Position numbers and translations under genes: made by a program. From an uncultured Methanosarcinaceae archaeon (GTDB lineage Archaea; Halobacteriota; Methanosarcinia; Methanosarcinales; Methanosarcinaceae), in the NCBI GenBank assembly GCA_963847185.1, contig CAWJYV010000008.1, positions 704,001-768,000 on the forward strand: a stretch of 64,000 nucleotides of DNA. Reading direction: 5' to 3'. Position 1 is the first letter of the stretch. Every line of letters begins with the position of its first letter. Below the pieces are notes generated by a model. That model did not search any database. It saw only the letters and a program-made list of their open reading frames with translations, and was not told the DNA's origin. Of the stretch, positions 42,275 through 51,609 are shown one piece after another.

Positions 42275-42415
42275 ACGAAACTACTAAAAATATGCCCAAA
42301 ATGTCACGCAAAAATGATGCTGAGTTCAGACGGAAAAAGAGAGATCTGTAACGTTTGCAGGTACTGGACAAAAGTAGGTACGGCAAGGCTTGATTCGATC
42401 ATGATTTATGAATGA
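42275..42415 (+). CDS. zinc-ribbon microprotein 1 (46 aa, non-canonical ACG start or start-loss allele)
   Basis: (M)KLLKICPKCHAKMMLSSDGKREICNVCRYWTKVGTARLDSIMIYE*; AAGGGGGA SD just upstream of ACG; two CxxC pairs. Confidence 0.7.
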   Translation, partial: TKLLKICPKCHAKMMLSSDGKREICNVCRYWTKVGTARLDSIMIYE

Positions 42416-42445
42416 GGATCTTGAGTGGAGAGTGACAGTTTTTAT

Positions 42446-42601
42446 ATGTTTTGCACTGTATGTAAAACTATCTTGAAACGCCAGATTCTGGGCTCCAATG
42501 TCTTCTACTATTGCCGAAACTGTGGATGCGTGAGCTCGGAAGCATATCTGTCAAAAGAAGTAAACACGTTCGATATTCAGGAATCAGCATCTGCCAATTA
42601 G
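42446..42601 (+). CDS. zinc-ribbon microprotein 2 (51 aa)
   Basis: MFCTVCKTILKRQILGSNVFYYCRNCGCVSSEAYLSKEVNTFDIQESASAN*; GGAGAGTGA purine-rich site upstream; CxxC...CxxCG. Confidence 0.78.
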   Translation: MFCTVCKTILKRQILGSNVFYYCRNCGCVSSEAYLSKEVNTFDIQESASAN

Positions 42602-42801
42602 GTATCTGCTGTTTCTTAACTACGCTTGCTGAAGATGCTAAACTTTTGTGACAGAGACTCGATATGGTAAAAGTATTTTTGAGATTAGATTCGAAAAAAA
42701 GAGATTTTTTAAAAGAATCCCATGAGACTCTTGTTTTCTTTTTTTAATTTTAAGTCTCAGAGATTCTTTCTATTTTTTGTCCTGTTATTGAAACTCTTTT
42801 T

Positions 42802-43851
42802 TCAATTTCCGGCTTTGAGCAATTTACAGACATTTTCTACTTCTGTCCTGAACTCTTCCTGAGTAACTCCATAAAGGCCTGCAAGATACATGGCACCTCC
42901 TGCACCTGCACCTTCCTTAATCGTCCCTGTCTCGTACCTGTGTAGCCCTTTGAGAGCGGATTTTCCAAATCCAGGATCAGCAACGTAGACCACTGGAACT
43001 TCCAGGGTTCTGGTAAGTTCGATAAAGTTTGCAGATTTATCCTCCACCACATAACGGGTAGTTGCTATTGCAAGCTTTTCTGTATTGAATCCCAGATGTT
43101 TGATCACGGCATAGACTGCTGCCATCTGAGTCCCGCCTGCAAGCACAATGCTTGTTTCCGTACCCTGAAAACCTGCAACAAGACCTACAACAGCAGGCAT
43201 CATGGGGTCCCCCATGCAGGCAATAGCTTTCATGGGGTCGTCTTTCAGGCATCCAAAGGTCAGGCCTGAAGCTTTCATGCCTTCTTCAACAACCTTTTTC
43301 TTAAGCTCAAGAGGGTTTTCATCCGCGCTACTGCTGACATTACCATTGTATCCCAGTGCCATTAAAACCCCCATTGCCGTTGTTGTACCTCCGGGGATGC
43401 TTTCTCCGATGACTACATGGTCTGCCTGGTTTCGGAGCCTTTTTGCCAGGAGTTTTGCTCTCTCATAAATGCCCTGTACGTCCTGCACTGCAACAGGCTC
43501 CCTTATATCTTCTCCCGGCTTTGCTTTTATGTCAATACAGGGAACTTCTGGAGTTACAATAAGACCGGAGTTTATGAAATGGTAGGGGACATCCGTAAGC
43601 TTCAAGGCTGAACGGGTCATGATTGCAGGAGTTGGAGTGTCATAAGGGGGAGTCATGGGAAGCACTGGTACACTGATAATTCCTCCTGTGTCCATAAGCT
43701 CCGCATCCCCTGCAGGTGTATAGTCCGTAAGTTCAGCTGTTTTCCCTGCAGCTGAAAGCTTCGGAATATGTGCAGTTTTAGTATTGGAAAGCACGCATAG
43801 AAACATTGGTTTTTCAGGTTTTCTGGTTACTTTCGGTTCAATCCAGGCCAT
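42802..43851 (-). CDS. cobT: archaeal-type nicotinate-nucleotide:base phosphoribosyltransferase CobT
   Basis: [27 protein letters not shown] and KEGAGAGG motifs. Confidence 0.92.
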   Translation of the reverse strand: MAWIEPKVTRKPEKPMFLCVLSNTKTAHIPKLSAAGKTAELTDYTPAGDAELMDTGGIISVPVLPMTPPYDTPTPAIMTRSALKLTDVPYHFINSGLIVTPEVPCIDIKAKPGEDIREPVAVQDVQGIYERAKLLAKRLRNQADHVVIGESIPGGTTTAMGVLMALGYNGNVSSSADENPLELKKKVVEEGMKASGLTFGCLKDDPMKAIACMGDPMMPAVVGLVAGFQGTETSIVLAGGTQMAAVYAVIKHLGFNTEKLAIATTRYVVEDKSANFIELTRTLEVPVVYVADPGFGKSALKGLHRYETGTIKEGAGAGGAMYLAGLYGVTQEEFRTEVENVCKLLKAGN

Positions 43852-44461
43852 TTCATATCTCCTCTACGGAATAAGATGAAGATTAAAACAAATACTTTGA
43901 CAAACATTAAAGCAAATATTAAAGTGAGCATTAAGTAAAGGTTAATTCCAAGAATACTTGTTTCGGGATTTTTTATGGGCAATTGAATCTTTTACAGCTG
44001 TTCGTAGTGAAATTACAAATGTAACTTCCCCGAAATCCAATGAGAATTCTTCAACTTACTATTTAACATTTATCCATATACAAATATATTTTACTTTTCT
44101 TCAACTTAAGTTTTCTTTATTTCATCTAAGTTTCGGAGGCAGATGCTTATCTTGTGCCTAACTTTTGATAAAGATCAATTGATTCACTCTACGGTCGCAA
44201 TTCATATTCTGATAATTTTGATTCTCATAGCTGCCAGGTACGAGGTAATCAGACTTCAAAGTTATACTTGCAGAAAAAATAGAGTTAAAGAGAATCGCGT
44301 GAAATTGAGTCCTTTGCCGTCAGATTCTCAATTTCTACGCTTTTCATTTTATTAATTTTGAAGTTATTATGCAGAGCCAGGATAAGTCACAATTCGGGAT
44401 AGATCTGGACACTGGCTTTCCGGACTCCGAATTAAAAAAACTTTTATCGTTTTTTTCACAC

Positions 44462-45904
44462 TTAATATGTTCTTGCCACATACACGCGGGTTTTGGTTTC
44501 TCCCCCGCAGACAGGGCATTTTTCTTTCTGATCCGTTCTCTGCTCTAAAGGTATACCAAGGATTCCTGCACCTATTATATCTTCCATGGCAAGCCCGCAC
44601 TCTTTCTTGCCACACCATGGAATTGTTGCAACACCTTTCTGTATTTTTTCCTTTACCTCTTCAAGCTCCATGCAATCAAATATATGGTTTTCAACTTCTG
44701 CCTTTGCCTTTTCGTAAAGGCTTTCGTGAATTTCCTCAAACTTTGAACTTACACGGATATCGATATCAGAAAGTGGAATCTGCTCTTTTTCTCCCGTGTC
44801 TCGCCTAACGGCCACGGCAACTTTATTTTCCAGATCTCTTGGACCTATTTCAAGCCTCAGGGGTACGCCTTTCATTTCCCATTTATAGTACTTGGCTCCT
44901 GGGCGAAGATCACTTGCATCAATTTCAACTCTCATACCGGCTTTCTTCAGACGTTCCTGAACATCTTTACAGGCTGAAAGCACCTCTTCGGCTCCTTTTT
45001 TGAATATTATCGGGATAATTACAACCTGCACAGGAGCAATCTCAGGAGGCAAAACCAGCCCTTTGTCATCTCCGTGGATAGATATTGTAGCTGCAATAGA
45101 TCTTTCTGATATTCCGTAGCATGTCTGGTGCGCATAGCGCTGTTCTCCATCAGGGGCTTCGTACTTAATATCAAACGTCTTTGCAAAATTATCCCCCAGG
45201 TGATGGACAGTGCCTATCTGAAGAGTCTTTCCATCGGGCATAACGGCATCAATTGCATCTGTATAGTCTGCACCCGGGAATTTGTCCCAGTCAGGTCTTC
45301 TTGAACGGAGTACAGGTACTCCCAGTCTGCGGTAGATTTCGGTATATAACTTAACAGCTTCTTTAACCTGGGCTTCCGCATCTTCCCATGTAGCGTGCAC
45401 TGTATGGGCTTCCTTAAAGGAAGTAATCTCCCTGAGCCTTATTAGAGGACGGGTGTGTTTTGTTTCGTAGCGGAAAGTATTCACTATCTGATAGAGTTTA
45501 ATAGGGAAATCTGCGTGGGATCTTACCCACATTTTGTACATAGGGTAAATGGCAGTCTCACTGGTAGGGCGGAGGGCAAGAGGGATGTCAAGAGGGTCTT
45601 TTCCTCCGTGAGTTACCCAGTAAACTTCATTCTCAAAGCCTTTAATATGCTCGGCTTCTTTCATGAATTCGTTTTCAGGAATAAGCAGAGGGAAGAGAGT
45701 TTCCTGATGTCCGCTATTATCAAGGATTTCCCTTATGATGTTATAGGTATTTCTCCGGATTGCAAAGCCGAAGGGGTACCAGACATAAAGTCCTTTTACA
45801 GGATAGCGGACATCCATTATTTCGGCCATCCACAGGAGATTATTATACCATTCGCTGAATTCATCTTTTGGAGGAAGTGCTGCTTCCTTTTCGCTTTCTG
45901 CCAT
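44462..45904 (-). CDS. proS: proline--tRNA ligase (archaeal type)
   Basis: [36 protein letters not shown]-terminal ARTY. Confidence 0.98.
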   Translation of the reverse strand: MAESEKEAALPPKDEFSEWYNNLLWMAEIMDVRYPVKGLYVWYPFGFAIRRNTYNIIREILDNSGHQETLFPLLIPENEFMKEAEHIKGFENEVYWVTHGGKDPLDIPLALRPTSETAIYPMYKMWVRSHADFPIKLYQIVNTFRYETKHTRPLIRLREITSFKEAHTVHATWEDAEAQVKEAVKLYTEIYRRLGVPVLRSRRPDWDKFPGADYTDAIDAVMPDGKTLQIGTVHHLGDNFAKTFDIKYEAPDGEQRYAHQTCYGISERSIAATISIHGDDKGLVLPPEIAPVQVVIIPIIFKKGAEEVLSACKDVQERLKKAGMRVEIDASDLRPGAKYYKWEMKGVPLRLEIGPRDLENKVAVAVRRDTGEKEQIPLSDIDIRVSSKFEEIHESLYEKAKAEVENHIFDCMELEEVKEKIQKGVATIPWCGKKECGLAMEDIIGAGILGIPLEQRTDQKEKCPVCGGETKTRVYVARTY

Positions 45905-46140
45905 ACCGTCACCTTATTATCGCAATCTGAATTAATGTTTAAATTCGGTCAAATTCTATGAAATTCGCGTGAATTCCAGCATCACGCCTTAGTATCAGTC
46001 TTGATGTTTTTGAAAAATTAAAAATGCTTTTAGATTGGTTTTAGGGCTAATATTTGCCTTTATTGGAATAGAAGTTAATAACCATATGGGAGCTACATTC
46101 CCAAAACTTCACTTATATTTTGAAAAATAGGGAAAAAGAA

Positions 46141-46785
46141 TTAATCTCCTCCAAGGGGCTGAACATTGTCCGAAACGTCGTGTGCAAGTTCGGATTTATC
46201 AATATCGAAAACGATCATACCGGTATTCAGCTTTTCAGCCTCTTCTTTTGAGAGTTTGGTAACAATGGCTTTCTTCGAAATGATTGCACTGTTTCCCAGA
46301 GGATCCTCGATGATGACCGTAATTTTTTCCTTACCTGCGATAACCTCTTCGAGCATATGCAGGAGTTCCTGGCTTCGGGAGAATTTCTCCTCATCTTCCT
46401 GTACCCACCTGCTTGCGGTCATAAGTACACTCTGCACCCGCTGCAGTATGCCTTCGATGTTCGTGATATAAGATTCCGATACCGTGCCAGGTTCGATAAC
46501 AATTCCCATTTCAGGGATGCGAATTGTTCCTGAGGTTGAGCGGATGACCCTTGCGTCCAGGTCTTCCGGGGTCTCAACTGACATTTCATAACGCATAGGT
46601 TCCTTACTGGCGAGGATCATAGTGTCTGCAAAACGGAAACTGCACTGGCACTTTGCACTGATGTACATAACTTCCCCGAAATAGGGGATATCATCCCTTT
46701 GCCAGTTCATCACCAGATCATTGTGACATAGCGGACAGGAGATCCTTGTCTCAAAACTTTCCTGTTTAAAATATTTATGATTCAA
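46141..46785 (-). CDS. ZPR1 zinc-finger domain protein
   Basis: CPLC, DIPYFGEV, YITNIEG and IEDPLGNS motifs. Confidence 0.93.
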   Translation of the reverse strand: MNHKYFKQESFETRISCPLCHNDLVMNWQRDDIPYFGEVMYISAKCQCSFRFADTMILASKEPMRYEMSVETPEDLDARVIRSTSGTIRIPEMGIVIEPGTVSESYITNIEGILQRVQSVLMTASRWVQEDEEKFSRSQELLHMLEEVIAGKEKITVIIEDPLGNSAIISKKAIVTKLSKEEAEKLNTGMIVFDIDKSELAHDVSDNVQPLGGD

Positions 46786-47162
46786 TATTTTCCACCAAAG
46801 ATTTTGGATCTGTCAATTTTTATACCTGTGGGAGTTACAATCACGGTATTTCCTTTAACACCTGCGATATCTCCGTGGACATCGATAACAACATCTTTCA
46901 GCTCTTTTAAAACCCTATCCCTCAGCAGGTCGTCGCTCCTGATGTTTGAGATATCTATCATCAAGATATTTCCGTTGTAGATTTCCTGCTTCAGCTGGGA
47001 TACCTGGTTGATACTTGAGACTTCTGCAATCTTAAAGTAGGTTTCTGCAGGCTCGTCCTCGAGAACCTCTTCATATTTGCTGAGGTCAATTTCAGTGTAG
47101 TCGTCGGCACTGGTTGTATTTTTCACATTGCCGCCAAGGATTTTGTCAATGAGTTTTGCCAT
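46782..47162 (-). CDS. sepF: cell division protein SepF
   Basis: EIYNGNILMIDIS...GDIAG...VIVTPTGIKIDR; ATGA-type overlap with the ZPR1 gene. Confidence 0.9.
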   Translation of the reverse strand: MAKLIDKILGGNVKNTTSADDYTEIDLSKYEEVLEDEPAETYFKIAEVSSINQVSQLKQEIYNGNILMIDISNIRSDDLLRDRVLKELKDVVIDVHGDIAGVKGNTVIVTPTGIKIDRSKIFGGKY

Positions 47163-47337
47163 CTATGCACGCCTTTTCTATTTTTTTAAATTTGGATAGT
47201 ACTGTGCTATATTGAAATCTATATTAATTAATTTTGCTATTATAAAGCTGATCTTGATTTTCCTTCTGATTTTCAAAGAATTTTGTTCCCAATCAGCAGG
47301 TTTCGTTTATTCAATTATCTGTATTTTAAGAGTATTT

Positions 47338-47823
47338 TCAGAGCTCCATATTCCAGAGCTTATCTCCTACATATGTTATCGACTTTATGGCTTTCCCTGA
47401 ATCGGCTTCAACCATCTGTGGCCCCTCCATAAGGGCTCTTCCTATTGCAAGAGGTTTTTTATGGGTCTCTTCTACAATAATTACGAGATCTCCCTCTTTT
47501 ATTTCAGGGTCAGCCCCCACAACTCCCGGAGCCATGATATCCGCTCCATTTGAAACGAAACGAATAGCTCCCTTATCCACAGTTACAAGGCGTTTTTGAA
47601 GTTTCATCTCAAGAGCTCCGCGGACTGTAGGAAAAAGATGTCCTTCTATTTCGAAAAGTAGAGGTTTGCCATCTACAAGGATAAGAGAGTACTCATCAAG
47701 GGTAACTTTTTCCATGACCTTATTTTCCAGCTCTGCCATTGCTTCTCCGAAAGTGGAGACAAGGTCTTTTAACATTTTATTCTTCGCATTTTTCCTCAGC
47801 TGAACTCTTGACTTTACTTTCAA
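47338..47823 (-). CDS. PUA-domain RNA-binding protein
   Basis: FPTVRG...VTVDKGAIRFVSNGADIMAPG...YVGDKLW. Confidence 0.92.
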   Translation of the reverse strand: MKVKSRVQLRKNAKNKMLKDLVSTFGEAMAELENKVMEKVTLDEYSLILVDGKPLLFEIEGHLFPTVRGALEMKLQKRLVTVDKGAIRFVSNGADIMAPGVVGADPEIKEGDLVIIVEETHKKPLAIGRALMEGPQMVEADSGKAIKSITYVGDKLWNMEL

Positions 47824-47933
47824 TTAATCACCTGGTTTTGGCATATTGAGTATTACTGTAGCATAGGGTTTTTGTGCCTTTTAAAGCTTATGTGATACTT
47901 TAACTATTTCCTAAATATGGTTCTGTGTCTTTT

Positions 47934-49088
47934 TTACTCAAGTTTTACAAAGAACATTGTAAGAAGCGCAATGGCACCTCCAAAAAACACGGTCTTATAG
48001 CCGAAGGGTTCCAGAAAGAGGCTTCCTAAAACCGGGCCTAATCCGAGACCTGCATAAATTGCGGTATTGAATAGTCCCATTGCAAATCCACTGGAGCTAA
48101 TTTTTGCCGTAGCTGTGATCAGCCCTATGACTGCAATTCCTCCGCCTGCTCCGATAAGAGAGAAAGCTACTATCGGCGTTTTTACTGAAAGCAGAATACC
48201 TGTGCCCGCAAGAATTACCCCGGCCTTAACTATGCTTTTATAATCCATGTTCATCCTGCCTGCGATCAGAGAACTCAGCATTGCAGTCAGGTACGAAGCC
48301 GAGATTGCCAGTCCAAGTTCCGGTTTTGTCAGAAAGCCAGCACTGTAATCCGGATAATTTGCAGTCACCAGGCCTGTGGTTCCATAGAGAAGGACTGAAA
48401 TTCCCCAGATCTTTCCGAAACTGCTTTTTAATAAGGTTTCCCAGGCTTTTTTCAGGTAGCTTTCAAGTTCGAAAAGCAAAGAGGGATCTTTCCGATTTCC
48501 TTCTGGATAATTGCCGGTTTGAAAAGCGAATACTTTCTTTTTTCTGTTCGAAGACAGCATTTCTCCTGTTTCTGACAGGAGGAATATAAAAGAAATGCCT
48601 GTTAAAAGCGTGAAAAGGCCTATTGCGGTCTTAATCTCTATCTCTGCAAGTATTCCAGAGAGGAAAACTCCTGCAGCCAGTCCGGCATTCAGCAGAAAAT
48701 TAAATTCTCCAAGGCTTCGTTGACTATCCTTCCATTCAGCAAGCATGGAAAAAGCAGCAGGAAAAAAAGCCCCACATCCAATGCCTTCCATAAACCTGGC
48801 AATTCCAAGGACCCACAGGTTGCCAGAAAAGGAAATAACAAGGCCCGAAAGCAGAGTAAGAAGCACACCAAATCCTATCACTTTCAGGTTTCCGATCCTG
48901 TCTGCCAGGATTCCAAAAGGCAGAAGGGCTAGCAGGGCTCCCATAAAATATCCTGAATATAGAAGATTTGAGGCTACGGAATCGCCGCTATTTGCCCCTG
49001 CAAGCTCCGGAAGGATGGGGATTACTGCATTGGAGAGTCCCTGGATAGCAAAAACTGAAGAATATAGTATGAGTTTTTTGAAGTTCAT
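47934..49088 (-). CDS. MFS transporter
   Basis: About 12 hydrophobic segments, GILADRIG motif A, ARFMEG. Confidence 0.92.
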   Translation of the reverse strand: MNFKKLILYSSVFAIQGLSNAVIPILPELAGANSGDSVASNLLYSGYFMGALLALLPFGILADRIGNLKVIGFGVLLTLLSGLVISFSGNLWVLGIARFMEGIGCGAFFPAAFSMLAEWKDSQRSLGEFNFLLNAGLAAGVFLSGILAEIEIKTAIGLFTLLTGISFIFLLSETGEMLSSNRKKKVFAFQTGNYPEGNRKDPSLLFELESYLKKAWETLLKSSFGKIWGISVLLYGTTGLVTANYPDYSAGFLTKPELGLAISASYLTAMLSSLIAGRMNMDYKSIVKAGVILAGTGILLSVKTPIVAFSLIGAGGGIAVIGLITATAKISSSGFAMGLFNTAIYAGLGLGPVLGSLFLEPFGYKTVFFGGAIALLTMFFVKLE

Positions 49089-49139
49089 GGGCTTTCAGAT
49101 TCTTACATTTTCAGCCTATACTGATTTTTCGCAATCAAA

Positions 49140-49331
49140 CCTTTATCTCAGTGGTTTTCAGGATCTTTCTCTTCTTCTCTTCTACTCTTCTCACTATTCT
49201 TTTTATTACTATTACTTCTTATTTTCCTCTTACTATTTCTCTCTATTTTTTCGTTTTCCCGTTTTCACTTATTGTTTTTCTGAAAGCTATCTTTACTCTT
49301 TTTGTGCTGTTTTTACTCTTTTAAAACTGTT
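49140..49331. repeat. pyrimidine-rich low-complexity spacer
   Basis: Degenerate ttttact(c/a)tt units between the two MFS genes. Confidence 0.5.
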
Positions 49332-50456
49332 TTACTCTTTTAGTATAAGAACTCCTGCAAGAATGCAGCCATTTACTATGAACATTTTTTCGAAACTTAG
49401 AATGCCTGTAAAAAATCCTGCAATAATTGGGGCAAGAGAGATTCCTGCATAGGTTGTTGTATTGAAAAGGCCCATCACAAGGCCCCTATCTGCGTTCATT
49501 CTGGCAGCAGCCAGAGCAAATCCTACAGCTGCAATACCGGAACCTCCTCCAAGGCATGAGAACCCAAGAAATGGGTATTTTATGGCAAAAAGGGCTCCAA
49601 GGGCTGAGAATATTATTCCTATTTGAATCACTGTTTTTTCCCTGACTTTGAACCGGCCTATGAGGAGAGATGTGATCATGGCACAGACGTAAAGGCTTGC
49701 GATAGAACCTCCGAGCTGGGTTTTTGTAAGGGTACTCAGGCTGTAATCCGGATAATAGGCTATAAGAACTCCTATAGTTCCATTGAGCAGGAAGGAACTG
49801 ATCCAGATTCCCGAATCGTTGCAGTAGAGGAGTTTTTTAATTTCTCTGTAGGATTTTCTAAAGAGATTTCCGGGAGACTCAGGCAATTTATCTAATTTAT
49901 CTTCATCTGGAAAATGAATCAGTTCTCTGTGTCTGGGAATTAGAGATATAGTAAAAATAAAAGCAATAAATGTAAATATGAGGATTGCTCCTTTAAGGTA
50001 GGTATCCGCCATCAAGCCTGAGAAAAGAGCACCTGTTGCCAGACCGGCGTTTATTAAAAAATTGAATTCTCCTATGTAGTACCCCGGATCTCTGTATTTT
50101 GAAAGCGTGGCAAATGCAGCCGGAAAAAAGGCCCCACAAGCAACTCCTTCTATGAATCTTGAAATCAAAAGAATCCAGAGCTTCTCTGAGAGAAGAATAG
50201 TCAGGCCTGAAATTACCGTCAGAACAACACCAAACCCTATGAACCTCAGATTTCCGAACCGATCCGCCAGAATTCCAAAAGGAAGCATTGTAGCCAGAGC
50301 CCCGAGGAAATAGGCGGAAAAGAGTAGACTTGAAGCAAGTCCTCCGGAGGAGCTGCTGTCCAGGTTTGCAAGCTCTGGTAGGATAGGAATGACAGCACTG
50401 GAAAGCCCCATAATTGCAAAACCGGCTCCATAAATTAAAAATCTGTCAGGGTTCAT
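49332..50456 (-). CDS. MFS transporter (tandem paralog)
   Basis: GILADRFG, SRFIEG, GAFFPAAF shared with the neighbour; ATG 50456 chosen by alignment with the paralog. Confidence 0.9.
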   Translation of the reverse strand: MNPDRFLIYGAGFAIMGLSSAVIPILPELANLDSSSSGGLASSLLFSAYFLGALATMLPFGILADRFGNLRFIGFGVVLTVISGLTILLSEKLWILLISRFIEGVACGAFFPAAFATLSKYRDPGYYIGEFNFLINAGLATGALFSGLMADTYLKGAILIFTFIAFIFTISLIPRHRELIHFPDEDKLDKLPESPGNLFRKSYREIKKLLYCNDSGIWISSFLLNGTIGVLIAYYPDYSLSTLTKTQLGGSIASLYVCAMITSLLIGRFKVREKTVIQIGIIFSALGALFAIKYPFLGFSCLGGGSGIAAVGFALAAARMNADRGLVMGLFNTTTYAGISLAPIIAGFFTGILSFEKMFIVNGCILAGVLILKE

Positions 50457-50711
50457 AGCACTAAGAAATCTTGATCCGGTATATAATTTCTTGTCAAAAG
50501 ACCTTACAAAATCTCTTTTTAAAGTATTCGGCTTCTTGATGCAAATCCTTAAGGATTTTTTAACTATTTGCAATATTTTGGTTCATTGTACAGTTGTCTT
50601 ATAATACATACTTAAAAAATTAAATAAGCATTGACTCTGTTATATCGTTTTGTTATTATAAATTCGTCGAAGAGAATGGATAGCTATTTATATAATTAGT
50701 TTGAATAGGGG

Positions 50712-50830
50712 TAATGTAAGTAATGTGAGCGGGAAATCTTTTTTCACATACCATACCCCCCACTCCCCATATGACCCCCCACTCCCCAACCCGCTCGCAC
50801 TACTTCTACTCATAATTTTGAAGCCTTTTT
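50712..50830 (+). ncRNA. candidate small RNA: closing stem with two ACCCCCCACUCCCCA motifs
   Basis: TATA box tttatataa at ~50687-50695, stem 50716-50733/50790-50809, exact 15-nt repeat, T-tracts downstream. Confidence 0.6.
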
Positions 50831-51039
50831 CAGTTTTAAGCATACCAATTTTTTGTTTCTTTTCTTCTTTCTATTAGGTCGTCTTGAATACATTCTTATA
50901 TTCTCTTATCTTCCTTACTTAATCTAATAATAATATAAGTTTCCTATTTTCAGGGCGGATTTTTCTGAGATGCTTCAGATTCTTATTATTTAATAAGTTA
51001 ATTCTGAATCTTCCAATTTCTCATACTCTCCTTGTTCGA

Positions 51040-51400
51040 TTAGTTTTTTACATTATCCCAGGCTCCTCCATCGTTGTCCATCAGGAGGGCAGTCATAAAA
51101 CCTACCTCAACAAGTCCTATCCGGAGTCCTGCAAGGGCTTTCAGACCAAGAAAGATCTCTACAAGGCAAGGGCACAAGTAATTCAAGAAATCCGGCATTG
51201 TCATCTCATTCATTGCAGCTTTTGTGACTATATCAATATCGCGGTCATATTCGGGTTTCACAGTTCCTTCTATGGTTGCGAGGATCTCTCTAAATTGTCT
51301 GCTGATCTTTACGACTTCGAAAGCAGCTTTTCCTACTGCACTCATAGTCACTACAGGAGGCAGAAGTGTTAAGGAAATAATCACATTTCTCTACAACAGT
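51040..51400 (-). pseudogene. C-terminal relic of a canonical membrane pyrophosphatase
   Basis: TMSAVGKAAFEVV...RQFREI...EGTVKPEY...DIVTKAA and MDNDGGAWDNVK motifs; no N-terminal part. Confidence 0.82.
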
Positions 51401-51504
51401 ATCCCATTCAATTGATGGTTATACTATTCCATAGACTCTCACTTAAAAGACAGGAAAGAAAATGCTACAAAAAAGATAGATTATTGAATCAAAATTATTA
51501 TTTG

Positions 51505-51533
51505 AGAGTCTCAGACTGTGGTCATGAGACTCT
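51505..51533. terminator. hairpin downstream of hppA
   Basis: agagtctca...tgagactct 9-bp stem. Confidence 0.45.
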
Positions 51534-51609
51534 TCAGGAGAAAAGGCCTTACAACATTGCTGTTGTGAGGCATGATCTCATATTCTTTTATTATTCTTGC
51601 ACATCTGCA

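Noticed and set aside
48745-49452. 235-aa plus-strand ORF
   Set aside because: Antisense shadow of the MFS genes running through a low-complexity spacer
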